This document shows positions 20,728 to 30,190 of a stretch of DNA of 64,000 nucleotides, in pieces. The DNA is from a virus: the IMG/VR virus record IMGVR_UViG_3300023174_000122, positions 21,344 through 85,343 of that record, one strand, 5' to 3'. Both the position numbers and the translations under genes were made by a program. Position 1 is the stretch's first letter, and every line of letters begins with the position of its first letter. The notes under the pieces were generated by a model, which saw only the letters and a program-made list of their open reading frames with translations, had not been told where the DNA came from and searched no databases.

Positions 20728-21144
20728 ATGGATCAAAAACTATCAGAAAATATTAGTTTAGTTGTTCTCTACTTAATAGAGAGTGACATTGCTTTCTTAA
20801 AGCAATTTAAAAAATTTGTTCCAGTATTCAGCCAAGAAATTGATCAATTTGCCAAGGACCAAACATTAGGCAGGGCTGAGCTAGAAGGTTATATCAAAGT
20901 TAATAACTCAGAAACTATTAATTTTGTTGATAATTTTATTAAAAATAATCCTCAAGTTAAAGTCGATATTGATGAAATTGCAAAAAAATACGCTTCTAAA
21001 GACTTAAGAGGTAAGATATTTAAAATACCCAAGACCGAAGAAGCGTTTCAAAATCTTTTTACTTATATCCATTCAAATAATTCTAAATTTAGGCAATTCT
21101 CTGTTACCTCTGAAGAAGATTCTTGGGTCATATTTTTCCTTTAA
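20728..21144 (+). CDS. Hypothetical protein (non-TG-rich insert in the tail module)
   Basis: 138-aa ORF with its own promoter and a composition unlike its neighbours. Confidence 0.65.
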   Translation: MDQKLSENISLVVLYLIESDIAFLKQFKKFVPVFSQEIDQFAKDQTLGRAELEGYIKVNNSETINFVDNFIKNNPQVKVDIDEIAKKYASKDLRGKIFKIPKTEEAFQNLFTYIHSNNSKFRQFSVTSEEDSWVIFFL

Positions 21145-21160
21145 AATATATCATATTCTA

Positions 21161-21166
21161 GTGTAA
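21161..21166 (+). promoter_or_regulatory. GTGTAA candidate late-promoter motif within an inverted repeat
   Basis: TAGTGTA(21159-21165)...TACACTA(21192-21198), followed by AAGGACAAAGG and ATG 21216. Confidence 0.55.
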
Positions 21167-21215
21167 ATTAGTTGGGATTATATAAAAATCCTACACTAAA
21201 GGACAAAGGTAAAAT

Positions 21216-21632
21216 ATGAGTAATGATTATTTTGAGTTTAATAATATATCTTGTCATGGATTACCATCTTTTATTACTGGGTTAAACTATCAATTGCCAA
21301 CTGGTAAAAACGAGAAGGTTTTTACTAATTTAAAACCTATCGTAACTGGATTTTACAAAAATCAAGATCCTACTAGAAACCCTGATATTATACATGTTTC
21401 CAATTTACCAAATAATATTTTTTATAATACTGGAACAAACTATCTGCAAGGGTATGTTCAAGATCATGGAACTTATAATCTAAAAGTCCATATATTAGAG
21501 TCTGGAATTTTTTGCGAAAAAATAATAATATTAAATGTCATAAATACTGGGTTTAATTATTTATATAAAGTTAATTATCCTATTAACATTGGATTTATAA
21601 AATACAACGCATTACAGAGGTTGGGATTATAA
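21216..21632 (+). CDS. Small structural protein, possibly Ig-like (He_PIG-like)
   Basis: VSNLPNNIFYNTGTNYLQGYVQDHGTYNLKV resembles the putative-Ig GLPxGLxxxxxTGxISGxPxxxGxY pattern. Confidence 0.45.
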   Translation: MSNDYFEFNNISCHGLPSFITGLNYQLPTGKNEKVFTNLKPIVTGFYKNQDPTRNPDIIHVSNLPNNIFYNTGTNYLQGYVQDHGTYNLKVHILESGIFCEKIIILNVINTGFNYLYKVNYPINIGFIKYNALQRLGL

Positions 21633-21634
21633 AG

Positions 21635-21640
21635 GTGTAA
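21635..21640 (+). promoter_or_regulatory. GTGTAA candidate late-promoter motif
   Basis: Intergenic, 22 nt before ATG 21663, followed by AGGAACAAGGA. Confidence 0.6.
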
Positions 21641-21662
21641 TTTATAAATAGGAACAAGGAAA

Positions 21663-22703
21663 ATGGTAGATCAAAGCTATAATGTTCGTACTGGATTAAA
21701 AACTATATATAATATATATAACGGTTTGGGTCAATCCCAATGTTTTTATATTAATAATATAGAAGCGTCTGGTCTTTATTTTGAAAAAGAAAAAAAATAT
21801 CAATTCATTCAAACTCATATATCAAATAATGGTAATCCTTTAAATATTTATCTTGATAAATATGGAAATAAAAAATTAGAAGAATATGTATCAATAAGTG
21901 GTGTAGCTGGAATTGATAGGTATGTTACCGTTTCAATACCAAAAACTTTCACAGAAACAAATACTCTTTATTATGGAAATGAAAGTGGAGATTTTTTTGG
22001 GGCGCCAATTAAACTAATTTCAACTGAGTACTATTTAAAATACAATATAAAACTACTATGTTTTGACGCGTATCATGATAATGAAAAATATATTATACCT
22101 AATAATATTTTAACAAAAAATAAAAATAGTCAATCCTATACCTCTGGAATTTTACCAACTATCAATAAATATAATAATCTTTATGGTGGCCAAGCCCAAA
22201 GCGGTTATCTTACTAATATAAGAACAGATGTTATAAATATAAATGTTCTAGGTGCAAATAAAATTTTTATGAAAGATAATTTTAATTTTGATTTTTTTGG
22301 AAACAATTTAATTTATAAAAAAAATAGTAATAGCATAAATAAAGAGTGGTCTAATTTATATGAACTTTATAATTTAATTTCAGATTTATGTTTTACAGAT
22401 TCTGGGTCATTAAATTCTGGTGAAAATTTTGAAAATTATTATCAATATGGTTATCAGCTCTCTGGATGTGAAGGTTGCATTGATAAGTTGACTTTGACTA
22501 CTGGATATAATAATTTTTATTCTGGTGTTATAACTTTATTTTACAATCCAAGAAAAATCTATAAAAATTATCGTAGTTATCCGCGCATGAACGTCAATTA
22601 TGAGTATTTTTCAAATAAAGATTTTGTAACTTCAAGTTACATTATCGATTCAGGGAATTTTAATTACATTAAATATACAGGGGCTCAAGCTTATTATGTC
22701 TAA
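21663..22703 (+). CDS. Virion-associated protein with a phage tail-type beta domain
   Basis: 346 aa. The segment LYFEKEKKYQFIQTHISNNGNPL...GVAG...V..P....TLYY resembles domains common in phage tail proteins. Confidence 0.5.
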   Translation: MVDQSYNVRTGLKTIYNIYNGLGQSQCFYINNIEASGLYFEKEKKYQFIQTHISNNGNPLNIYLDKYGNKKLEEYVSISGVAGIDRYVTVSIPKTFTETNTLYYGNESGDFFGAPIKLISTEYYLKYNIKLLCFDAYHDNEKYIIPNNILTKNKNSQSYTSGILPTINKYNNLYGGQAQSGYLTNIRTDVININVLGANKIFMKDNFNFDFFGNNLIYKKNSNSINKEWSNLYELYNLISDLCFTDSGSLNSGENFENYYQYGYQLSGCEGCIDKLTLTTGYNNFYSGVITLFYNPRKIYKNYRSYPRMNVNYEYFSNKDFVTSSYIIDSGNFNYIKYTGAQAYYV

Positions 22704-25305
22704 TAAAATATATCAAAAAAATAGAAATAATTTAAGCTACAGGAACAAAAGGCTTTTTTCTAAAACCTATAATAGTATAGAAGACTTTAGCTCAAGTGGA
22801 AAAAATATAAATAATATATATACAGAGGAATATATGACTCAATCTAATAATAGATATAATCATATTCATTCGGGTGAAAAAGTTATAGAGGATATATCTT
22901 TTATACCATTACAAAATTATGTTAAACACATATACACGGGCTTATTTTATGGTAAAGAACCTTACAAATATGCAATTGGAGAATATAATCTTCCAAAAAT
23001 TACTGGAAACTTAATCACAGGAAGTATAAATTATGTGGATTATCAAGCAAAAAGCTATATAACGAATTCAAATGACCCATACTATATTTCTTATATGCCA
23101 AAGTCTGGAGAAAAACATGTTTTATTGTTGGACCTTAATTTGTATGGTTTTGAAGAAGACGCTATTGAAAATTGTGATATAGAATTAAATGCCATGGTTC
23201 TAAAAACTGGCTACTTCCATCAACTACCAAAAGACCCAAGTATATTGAATTTTGAAATTAATGATATAGACCCTATATACTTAGAAACCAATTCTATAAA
23301 TGATTATATAAGAAATAAAAGAGTTCTAAAATCTTGTGATGCTAATAGTTCTATAAGCTATAATGCTAGTTTTAATAGCGATACACCAGGCCTATTTGCT
23401 GATTTAAATTCTGTGGTTTCAGAATATAGATATGTAAAAAATATTGTTACAATATCTCCTCCGTTTGCTAGTAATAATAAAAATATACCTCTTCCATGTT
23501 TGTTCAAACATAATTTTGCAAATGATAATTTATCTTATAATATTGGAGAATATAAATTTTTAGTTTTTGATAGTTCAAATAATTTTTTACAAAGTGGAAA
23601 TTATATTACTGGTACTCAAACTGGATTTTTATATTTTTTACCTCCAGGAACCTATACAACAATAATATCTGGTAATGAAAAAGATTTCTTATATACAGAA
23701 AACAGTTTAAGTGGTAAGAACCAAAACATTGGTTTGGTTTCTATGAAAATTGATTTTATTACTGGAGAAAAATTACAAGAAATTTACATAGAAAATCAAG
23801 ATAAGATTTGGGCTACTTACGCATTAGGCCCAAGAGAATTAGTGTTTGGATCTGGATATAATAGTTTAAATTCACAAGATCCATCAGCTTTTACAATTGA
23901 TTTTGAAAGATCAATCAGTGGAACAATTGAAAGTCCATTTTTATTTTATAAAGAAGTTTCTGGATTATACTCTAATACATGTACGCCAACTATTGCTGTT
24001 GTGGGCGGAAGTAAAGCTGAATGCAAGACTTCGTTCTGTTTGATATGTCAACAAGCTTTTGGAAAAACTATGAATGGATCATCTTACATAGACGTACCTA
24101 AAAAATCTTTACAAGTAGATTTTATAACTAGTTTGAATTTTTTTACTAGTCCAGATTCAGACACGTATAGAATTGTTCTTGATTCTGATTTTAATGCTTT
24201 ATGTTGTTATTGTAAAGAAAAAGGATGTGGAGAAGATGTAGCTGGTCAAGTGCAAACAAAATTAAATCTTGCAAATTTAAAAGCAAGCGGTGCTGAACCA
24301 AGTGGAAACGCAATATATTCTGGAGTATTTTTCTTAGATGATATTAATCCACTAGCAGCTAAATTAAAATATAATATAAATTACTATTCTGGACAAATAG
24401 CAATGAATAGTTTTTATGAAGGAGATAAGATAACGTTCAAGCAGTATCCATTTGATTATGAAAAAGTATTTTTATCTTTATATGGCACAAGGCCAACTAT
24501 AAAAGAATATACTACTGAGTTTATATACTCTTCTAGTGCTATTGGAGATAATTATTTTAACAATAAAAATGATCTAATTAATAAAATTAATCTTAAATTA
24601 GCATCTTCTGGATTATATGTTTGGAAACCATTAAAATATGCAAAAGATCCTCAATATGAATATGCTCCACTTTTGACTGGAATTAATGGTGGAGTCAATG
24701 CTAGCGGAGATGATTTAATAAATATTATTTCATTAAGGAGTGGAAGATTTGGTAGTCATGATATAAAATTAAATCTACAACCTAGACTACAAATTTATAA
24801 TTATCTCGTTCCTAAAATTATAAGGCTTGAAGTTTCAGACAACTATATTGATTGGACTGGGGTTGCTATTTCTGAAAATAGACAACCAATTAATACTTAT
24901 ATTCAAAATCCAAATGCAAATATAGTAAATATTCCATACGATTCAATTGAAAACACAAAATATAAGATTACAAGAGAGATACCAACATCATCAGAAATAG
25001 AATTTAAAGTAGAAGAAGAGGAAGATTTAGAGACTTTATTAGAGAAATTAGCAAGTGGAAATACTAGTGGAAGTGGTACTTTAACTTGCGTAAAAGATCC
25101 TAGTGGAAGTGGAAAATTTTGTGGCACTGGTTTTGTAGATTATTATATTAATAAAACATTTACTTGTGAGTTACCAAAGGAATCTGGTGAAACTGGCAAT
25201 GATTCATCCTCATCCTCCTCATCTTCTTCTAAAAGCAGTGATTCACAGATTTTAACTCAAGAGATTGATAGATTTAGAATAGGATATTATGATTATTTAT
25301 CTTAA
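22696..25305 (+). CDS. Large TG/SG-rich structural protein with a Cys cluster and a partial discoidin-like motif
   Basis: 869 aa. CLIC and CCYC clusters, IRLEVSDNYIDWT, and a 9-Ser tract. Confidence 0.55.
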   Translation: MSNKIYQKNRNNLSYRNKRLFSKTYNSIEDFSSSGKNINNIYTEEYMTQSNNRYNHIHSGEKVIEDISFIPLQNYVKHIYTGLFYGKEPYKYAIGEYNLPKITGNLITGSINYVDYQAKSYITNSNDPYYISYMPKSGEKHVLLLDLNLYGFEEDAIENCDIELNAMVLKTGYFHQLPKDPSILNFEINDIDPIYLETNSINDYIRNKRVLKSCDANSSISYNASFNSDTPGLFADLNSVVSEYRYVKNIVTISPPFASNNKNIPLPCLFKHNFANDNLSYNIGEYKFLVFDSSNNFLQSGNYITGTQTGFLYFLPPGTYTTIISGNEKDFLYTENSLSGKNQNIGLVSMKIDFITGEKLQEIYIENQDKIWATYALGPRELVFGSGYNSLNSQDPSAFTIDFERSISGTIESPFLFYKEVSGLYSNTCTPTIAVVGGSKAECKTSFCLICQQAFGKTMNGSSYIDVPKKSLQVDFITSLNFFTSPDSDTYRIVLDSDFNALCCYCKEKGCGEDVAGQVQTKLNLANLKASGAEPSGNAIYSGVFFLDDINPLAAKLKYNINYYSGQIAMNSFYEGDKITFKQYPFDYEKVFLSLYGTRPTIKEYTTEFIYSSSAIGDNYFNNKNDLINKINLKLASSGLYVWKPLKYAKDPQYEYAPLLTGINGGVNASGDDLINIISLRSGRFGSHDIKLNLQPRLQIYNYLVPKIIRLEVSDNYIDWTGVAISENRQPINTYIQNPNANIVNIPYDSIENTKYKITREIPTSSEIEFKVEEEEDLETLLEKLASGNTSGSGTLTCVKDPSGSGKFCGTGFVDYYINKTFTCELPKESGETGNDSSSSSSSSSKSSDSQILTQEIDRFRIGYYDYLS

Positions 25306-25331
25306 ACATAATAGCATAATTACCATATAAT
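25303..25331 (+). promoter_or_regulatory. Sigma70-type promoter, leaderless
   Basis: TAAACA-N17-TATAAT-N5-ATG(25337). Confidence 0.55.
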
Positions 25332-25336
25332 ATACT

Positions 25337-26497
25337 ATGAAAAGTTTAGATGATATTTTAATAGTGCCTAAATCTAGGACCTTTTCTGCAAATAAGAATA
25401 CATGGTTTAAATATAAGATTGAAGGAATTCAAGGGTATTATTCTAATTTTACAACTCAAATGAGCCATAACACACTTGTTATTACCCCAGATTTATATAT
25501 TGTCGGACATATAAAAACTAACATTGGGTGGAACTATCAGTATGTGTACTTTTACGATAAAGAAAACAGAATTTCACAAATGATTATTGGAGTTTATATT
25601 TTAGATATGAGCTGTGATTCTGAAGAAGCTAGATGCGAAGATTTTAATTTTTCATCAAATCCTTTACCAAATGAAAATGGAAAATGCCCTCCGCATATTA
25701 TTTATATTCAAAATCTTACTTGTTACGGTTGCAAAAAAAATGATGGTAGTCCACCAAGTTTAGATCCAAACGAAGAAACTTGCGAAGAATATGATTTTTT
25801 TAGTAAACCACCAGTATGCGTTGACGGTACTAAATCTACAAAGATAAAAGTTAATTCTTTAGATTGTTATACCTGCGACCCCTATTCTAGTTCATCATCC
25901 TCTTCAGGTCCAGGTCCTAGCCCAGCTCCTAGCCCAAGTCCTAGCCCAAGTCCTAGCCCAGCTCCTAGCCCAAGTCCTAGCCCAAGTCCTAGCCCAAGTC
26001 CTAGCCCAAGTCCATTTCCAATATATCCTCAACCTCAACCTCATCCAGCAGGAAAAAAAGGAGAACCTCCTTGTTGCAGCTGCGCGAAGATGGGATGCCC
26101 AGGCGCTTTACTAACTAGCACCCCAGGTAGATGTAGTTGGCTGTTGAACGAAGAAGTGTGCTGCAGTGCAGGACCTCAACATTGTATAGATGAATTTTCT
26201 GGCTGGGATACCTGCGGCAAGTACTGCATTAAATGCGCTGAAGCATGTGCAAGCTGCTGCAGACCAAACAATGACAATCTTACTTTCTGCTCGAATGGGT
26301 GGCATTATAAAGAGAGAAAATGCGATTGCGGCTGCGACAACGCTTGTTCAGTTAATGAAAAAAAATGCAAGCCTCCTAAACATGCAATGATTCAATCATT
26401 TAACGAAGACAGTTTAATGTTTAGTTTACGTACTCAAGATTTAAAAGACGCTTTTAAATTGCCACCAATTACAATAGATTTTTTTAGTAATGAGTAA
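25337..26497 (+). CDS. Cys-rich protein with a Ser-Pro repeat linker
   Basis: 386 aa: two EExxCE..F.S.P...CYxC repeats, S7, (PSPS/PSPA)x8, then a domain with about 20 Cys in about 100 aa. Confidence 0.75.
   Translation: MKSLDDILIVPKSRTFSANKNTWFKYKIEGIQGYYSNFTTQMSHNTLVITPDLYIVGHIKTNIGWNYQYVYFYDKENRISQMIIGVYILDMSCDSEEARCEDFNFSSNPLPNENGKCPPHIIYIQNLTCYGCKKNDGSPPSLDPNEETCEEYDFFSKPPVCVDGTKSTKIKVNSLDCYTCDPYSSSSSSSGPGPSPAPSPSPSPSPSPAPSPSPSPSPSPSPSPSPFPIYPQPQPHPAGKKGEPPCCSCAKMGCPGALLTSTPGRCSWLLNEEVCCSAGPQHCIDEFSGWDTCGKYCIKCAEACASCCRPNNDNLTFCSNGWHYKERKCDCGCDNACSVNEKKCKPPKHAMIQSFNEDSLMFSLRTQDLKDAFKLPPITIDFFSNE
25916..26011 (+). repeat. 12-nt tandem repeat (CCTAGCCCAAGT / CCTAGCCCAGCT x8) encoding a Pro-Ser repeat
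   Basis: Read directly from the sequence. Confidence 0.9.
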
Positions 26498-28187
26498 ATA
26501 TAATTACGCAAGAATATACATGACAGGATTTAGGAGCGCGCCTATTGAAATAGCAACTCTTACTGAATTTAATAATAATAAAATTTCTTTTGAGCAACGC
26601 CCAATAAATAAAATTAAAATTAAAAACATAACTTTGTTCTCAACTTATAATTTTACTCCAGACCCAGGAACAATTTTGAGTGGGATAAGCTCAATATATG
26701 ATTCTTCTTATTCTGGAGATCTTTATAGCAAAGTCACTGGAATTGGAGAATTTATAGACGTAGGTAGCACAAATTCTTCTGGAATATATTTTGCTTCTGG
26801 ATATCAGACTGGGATATTTATTGATGGACAAAATTTTTATGATACTCATGGAAGACCTGTAACGCCAGTCAATACTAATTTTAGCATAGACTCTTCTAGT
26901 AATGTTAAATATATTTTAAGTGGTATTTTTACTGGATTACAAATTAAAAATAATTATAGTCCTTTAGATGCTGATTTAGAAAAAATTTCATTCTCTGGTA
27001 ATTCTCCAATAGCTTATAGAGAACATTCTTACACTGGAGTATATACTGGAATATCACAAATTAAAGATAATTTTTACAATGAAAATACTAACGTAGTATC
27101 TTTCTTTAAAAACTTTTTTTATACCGTTTATGGAACTGCACCATGGAACACAAGTTTTAATGTCGTAAATGATACATCAAATGGCCCAGGAGAGACTATT
27201 GGTATGGCTATTTTAAATAAAATTTTAAACAATGGCTCTGGATATGCAGATGAAATTAGAAATATAATAGCTAGCGGCAATATACCAAAAGTAAGATTAC
27301 CAAGAAATAATTTAACAGGACGTGCAGTATTGACTGGATTTTTAACAGGTAGAGTCTCACCTGAAAATTTTGGTTTGGGTGGAGTTGGTTCTGGATTTAA
27401 AAACTTTTTAAAATTAATAACTGGCTCTGGAATAAACGCCAAACAAGATTATGGTACAGGATTTTTAAATGCATATAATTATTTAAATTATAATACTCCA
27501 GTAGAGTCCGATTCTATAAATATAGAAGATGATGTTAGTGGTAATTTTTATACTTTAACTTATTCAACTGACCCATTGTTAACAGCTCCTCTTTATTTTA
27601 ATTCAATACAAACTCTTAATAATATTATTAATTCTGGTAGCGGATCTTATGGGGTCTATTCTCAAGTAATTGGAACAAAATTAAAATTAACTTCTGCATA
27701 TTCTGGAGAAAGTGGAAATCTTATACAAATAAATACTTTTGGTTCTGCCACTACTCCCACGCTTCAAAATGGAAATTATTTACTGAGTGGAGAGACTTAT
27801 TACGAATCTCTAATATCTACTGGAGTATTTAGTTCTTTTGTTGGAGGCACGGTTCTTGCTACAGGTCTTATGGCACAAAATTATTCTGATTATATTACTG
27901 GCAATATGACTGGAACTTTAGGAATAAAAACTTTTGCTAATACTTGGGATTTATATTTATCAGAAGATGGTTTATCTTATGCTTATGCTAGTCAAATGAC
28001 TGGTAAAACTACTCCTACTACTGTAGATTATACAACTAATTATATTGATGAAGCTACAATAAATTCTTATATTGTAAAACTTGTATATAAGAATCCTAAC
28101 CCTAGAATATATGATGATATTGTAGCTCTTAAAATAAGAGTAAACAATAATCAACAAATTATCATGAACATAACAGGAGTTGCATAA
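26490..28187 (+). CDS. TG/SG-rich structural protein
   Basis: 565 aa. It shares a motif with the 22696 protein (LKLTSAYSGESGN vs INIISLRSGRFGS). Confidence 0.55.
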   Translation: MSKYNYARIYMTGFRSAPIEIATLTEFNNNKISFEQRPINKIKIKNITLFSTYNFTPDPGTILSGISSIYDSSYSGDLYSKVTGIGEFIDVGSTNSSGIYFASGYQTGIFIDGQNFYDTHGRPVTPVNTNFSIDSSSNVKYILSGIFTGLQIKNNYSPLDADLEKISFSGNSPIAYREHSYTGVYTGISQIKDNFYNENTNVVSFFKNFFYTVYGTAPWNTSFNVVNDTSNGPGETIGMAILNKILNNGSGYADEIRNIIASGNIPKVRLPRNNLTGRAVLTGFLTGRVSPENFGLGGVGSGFKNFLKLITGSGINAKQDYGTGFLNAYNYLNYNTPVESDSINIEDDVSGNFYTLTYSTDPLLTAPLYFNSIQTLNNIINSGSGSYGVYSQVIGTKLKLTSAYSGESGNLIQINTFGSATTPTLQNGNYLLSGETYYESLISTGVFSSFVGGTVLATGLMAQNYSDYITGNMTGTLGIKTFANTWDLYLSEDGLSYAYASQMTGKTTPTTVDYTTNYIDEATINSYIVKLVYKNPNPRIYDDIVALKIRVNNNQQIIMNITGVA

Positions 28188-28188
28188 T

Positions 28189-28884
28189 ATGCCTGCACCA
28201 CAATTTAAATCTATAACTCCTGCTAATCAAAATGCTCGATTTCCTTTTGAAGTAGATATAACAAATGACGGTAATGGAAACTATTTTGCTAATGTCAATC
28301 CTAGCTCCGTTATTTATAAATCTTTAAATTCAAAAGACATGATGGTATATAGCGGATATATTGATCAAGCAACAAATGCTCTTATATTAGCTACCGAAGG
28401 AAGTATCAGTGGACATGTAATAAATGGATTAGGTTCACCAACTAAATTAGATTCAACTAAAGAAAATCATATTATATATTTAGAAGTAGGGATTGGACCA
28501 AATCTTTATGCAACTGGAGCATCAATAAAAGTATCTGATCTCATAAAACCCTGGAGCGGTTATCCAGAATCAATTATCTATAATCCACCTTTAGAATTTG
28601 ATGAAAAAGGTGATTTAAAAAGCAGCGTTATTTATAGAAGACAAACAGCAGCTATTTTTCCACTAGCGTATTTAACAAATGACATAAATCAGGCTGGAAA
28701 AACTGTAATAATTAAAAAATCAGAAACAGACAAAACACCAAAAATTTATAAATTAGTGCAAACGATTGACTATTGTATATTAATGACAACTTTCAATTAT
28801 GATGGAAATCCAGTAGCTTATGGTGTTCCTTTTATGAATCCATTTCTTTGGTATAGTAGTAGTAGTAGCAGTAGTACGAGTTAA
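28189..28884 (+). CDS. Hypothetical tail protein with C-terminal poly-Ser
   Basis: The ORF track starts at TTG 28180, but ATG 28189 is more likely. The protein ends WYSSSSSSSTS. Confidence 0.55.
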   Translation: MPAPQFKSITPANQNARFPFEVDITNDGNGNYFANVNPSSVIYKSLNSKDMMVYSGYIDQATNALILATEGSISGHVINGLGSPTKLDSTKENHIIYLEVGIGPNLYATGASIKVSDLIKPWSGYPESIIYNPPLEFDEKGDLKSSVIYRRQTAAIFPLAYLTNDINQAGKTVIIKKSETDKTPKIYKLVQTIDYCILMTTFNYDGNPVAYGVPFMNPFLWYSSSSSSSTS

Positions 28885-28885
28885 T

Positions 28886-30190
28886 ATGAACGGATTAACG
28901 TCAACAAATTGGAATAACTCTTATGGAATGGAGAATCCAAAAAATATTTTAAATAAAGTAATTAGCCACGGAGCGCTACCAATTAATCAAAATTATGTAT
29001 TTTTTAATAATGGTGCAACAAGATTTATTAATGATTCTAAATTAACTCCAGAAATTAAAAAAGCTTTAGAAGATGAAAGAATAAAAAGAGGTCGTGGTCC
29101 AATACATGGCTCTGGTACGATCAGACCGATTGGATTCACTGAAGCTGAGATGTCTGATTTATTTTATAATTCATATGGTTTAGACGTTAGAATTTCTAGT
29201 GTACCACCTCCTATAGATCCTCTTACTATCGCCCTCTTAACCACGGGAGTAGGAAGTCTAGTGCAACTTCTAGCAGCTATGAGTATTTATTATATATTAC
29301 TTGATGTACTCAGAATTTTTTCTTCTAGTGCTAGTTTTCAATTACCTAAATTAGGATTTTCTGATTTTTACGGTTATGAAGAAAAACCAGTCGACCCTAA
29401 AAGCATTTTAAAAATAATTAATAGAAATTATCCATTGACAAATGATGGCGAATTACCAAATAATAGATTCGTAAATTTATCAAGTCAAGCAGCATTTAAA
29501 AAAATAACAGGAAATTCAAGTTACGATACTACCTTATCTAAGTATCAATTTAATGGGGGAGGAGGTTTTTCTACTGATTTACGTGGAGAACAAATGAAAA
29601 AATATATAGATAATTTATTAGGAAATTTAACAATAGAAAAATCACAAATAAATAAATTAAAAAAATTTTTTCCTAAAGATAGCGCTGCAATAGAAACTGC
29701 TCAACAAAATAAAAAAGCACTTCTAGAAATAATGAAAACTAAAACTAATCTTGGTGCAAATTATATACATGCAGATTTTTTAGATTATGTACCAGTTCTA
29801 CTTTCTTCTAGACAAAAAGGTTATCCTAATAAAGAGAAAGAAAAGTCTATATTTGGTCCATATATATGTAGATCTAAAAGAACATACCTATATTACCCAA
29901 AAATTATAGTTTCAACTGGAGCGATGTCTACTTTAAATTCTCCTCAGTTTTCCAGTATGGAAATCTTAAATCTAGGGGTTACTGTTTTTGGTGGATATCC
30001 AGATTTTTTTAGCACAGCTACTTTTGAAGATCTCGGACAATATATGGGCCTGGTATTAAGGATTGCTTCGTATGGAAGATTACCAATGCTCGGCGGTGCC
30101 TGTAATGTGCTAAATAAAGACCAAGCTTTTAATTTAGGAGCAGCCTTTAATCAAAAGACACAATTCAAAGCAAAATCAGACGGATGCTAA
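28886..30190 (+). CDS. Hypothetical protein with a hydrophobic segment (last gene of the + strand module)
   Basis: 434 aa, with the TM-like stretch LTIALLTTGVGSLVQLLAAMSIYYILL. Its stop overlaps the stop of the convergent gene. Confidence 0.6.
   Translation: MNGLTSTNWNNSYGMENPKNILNKVISHGALPINQNYVFFNNGATRFINDSKLTPEIKKALEDERIKRGRGPIHGSGTIRPIGFTEAEMSDLFYNSYGLDVRISSVPPPIDPLTIALLTTGVGSLVQLLAAMSIYYILLDVLRIFSSSASFQLPKLGFSDFYGYEEKPVDPKSILKIINRNYPLTNDGELPNNRFVNLSSQAAFKKITGNSSYDTTLSKYQFNGGGGFSTDLRGEQMKKYIDNLLGNLTIEKSQINKLKKFFPKDSAAIETAQQNKKALLEIMKTKTNLGANYIHADFLDYVPVLLSSRQKGYPNKEKEKSIFGPYICRSKRTYLYYPKIIVSTGAMSTLNSPQFSSMEILNLGVTVFGGYPDFFSTATFEDLGQYMGLVLRIASYGRLPMLGGACNVLNKDQAFNLGAAFNQKTQFKAKSDGC

Noticed and set aside
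20195-26011. Tandem repeats as a CRISPR array or replication origin
   Set aside because: They have no spacers, their unit lengths are multiples of 3, and they are in frame inside coding sequence.
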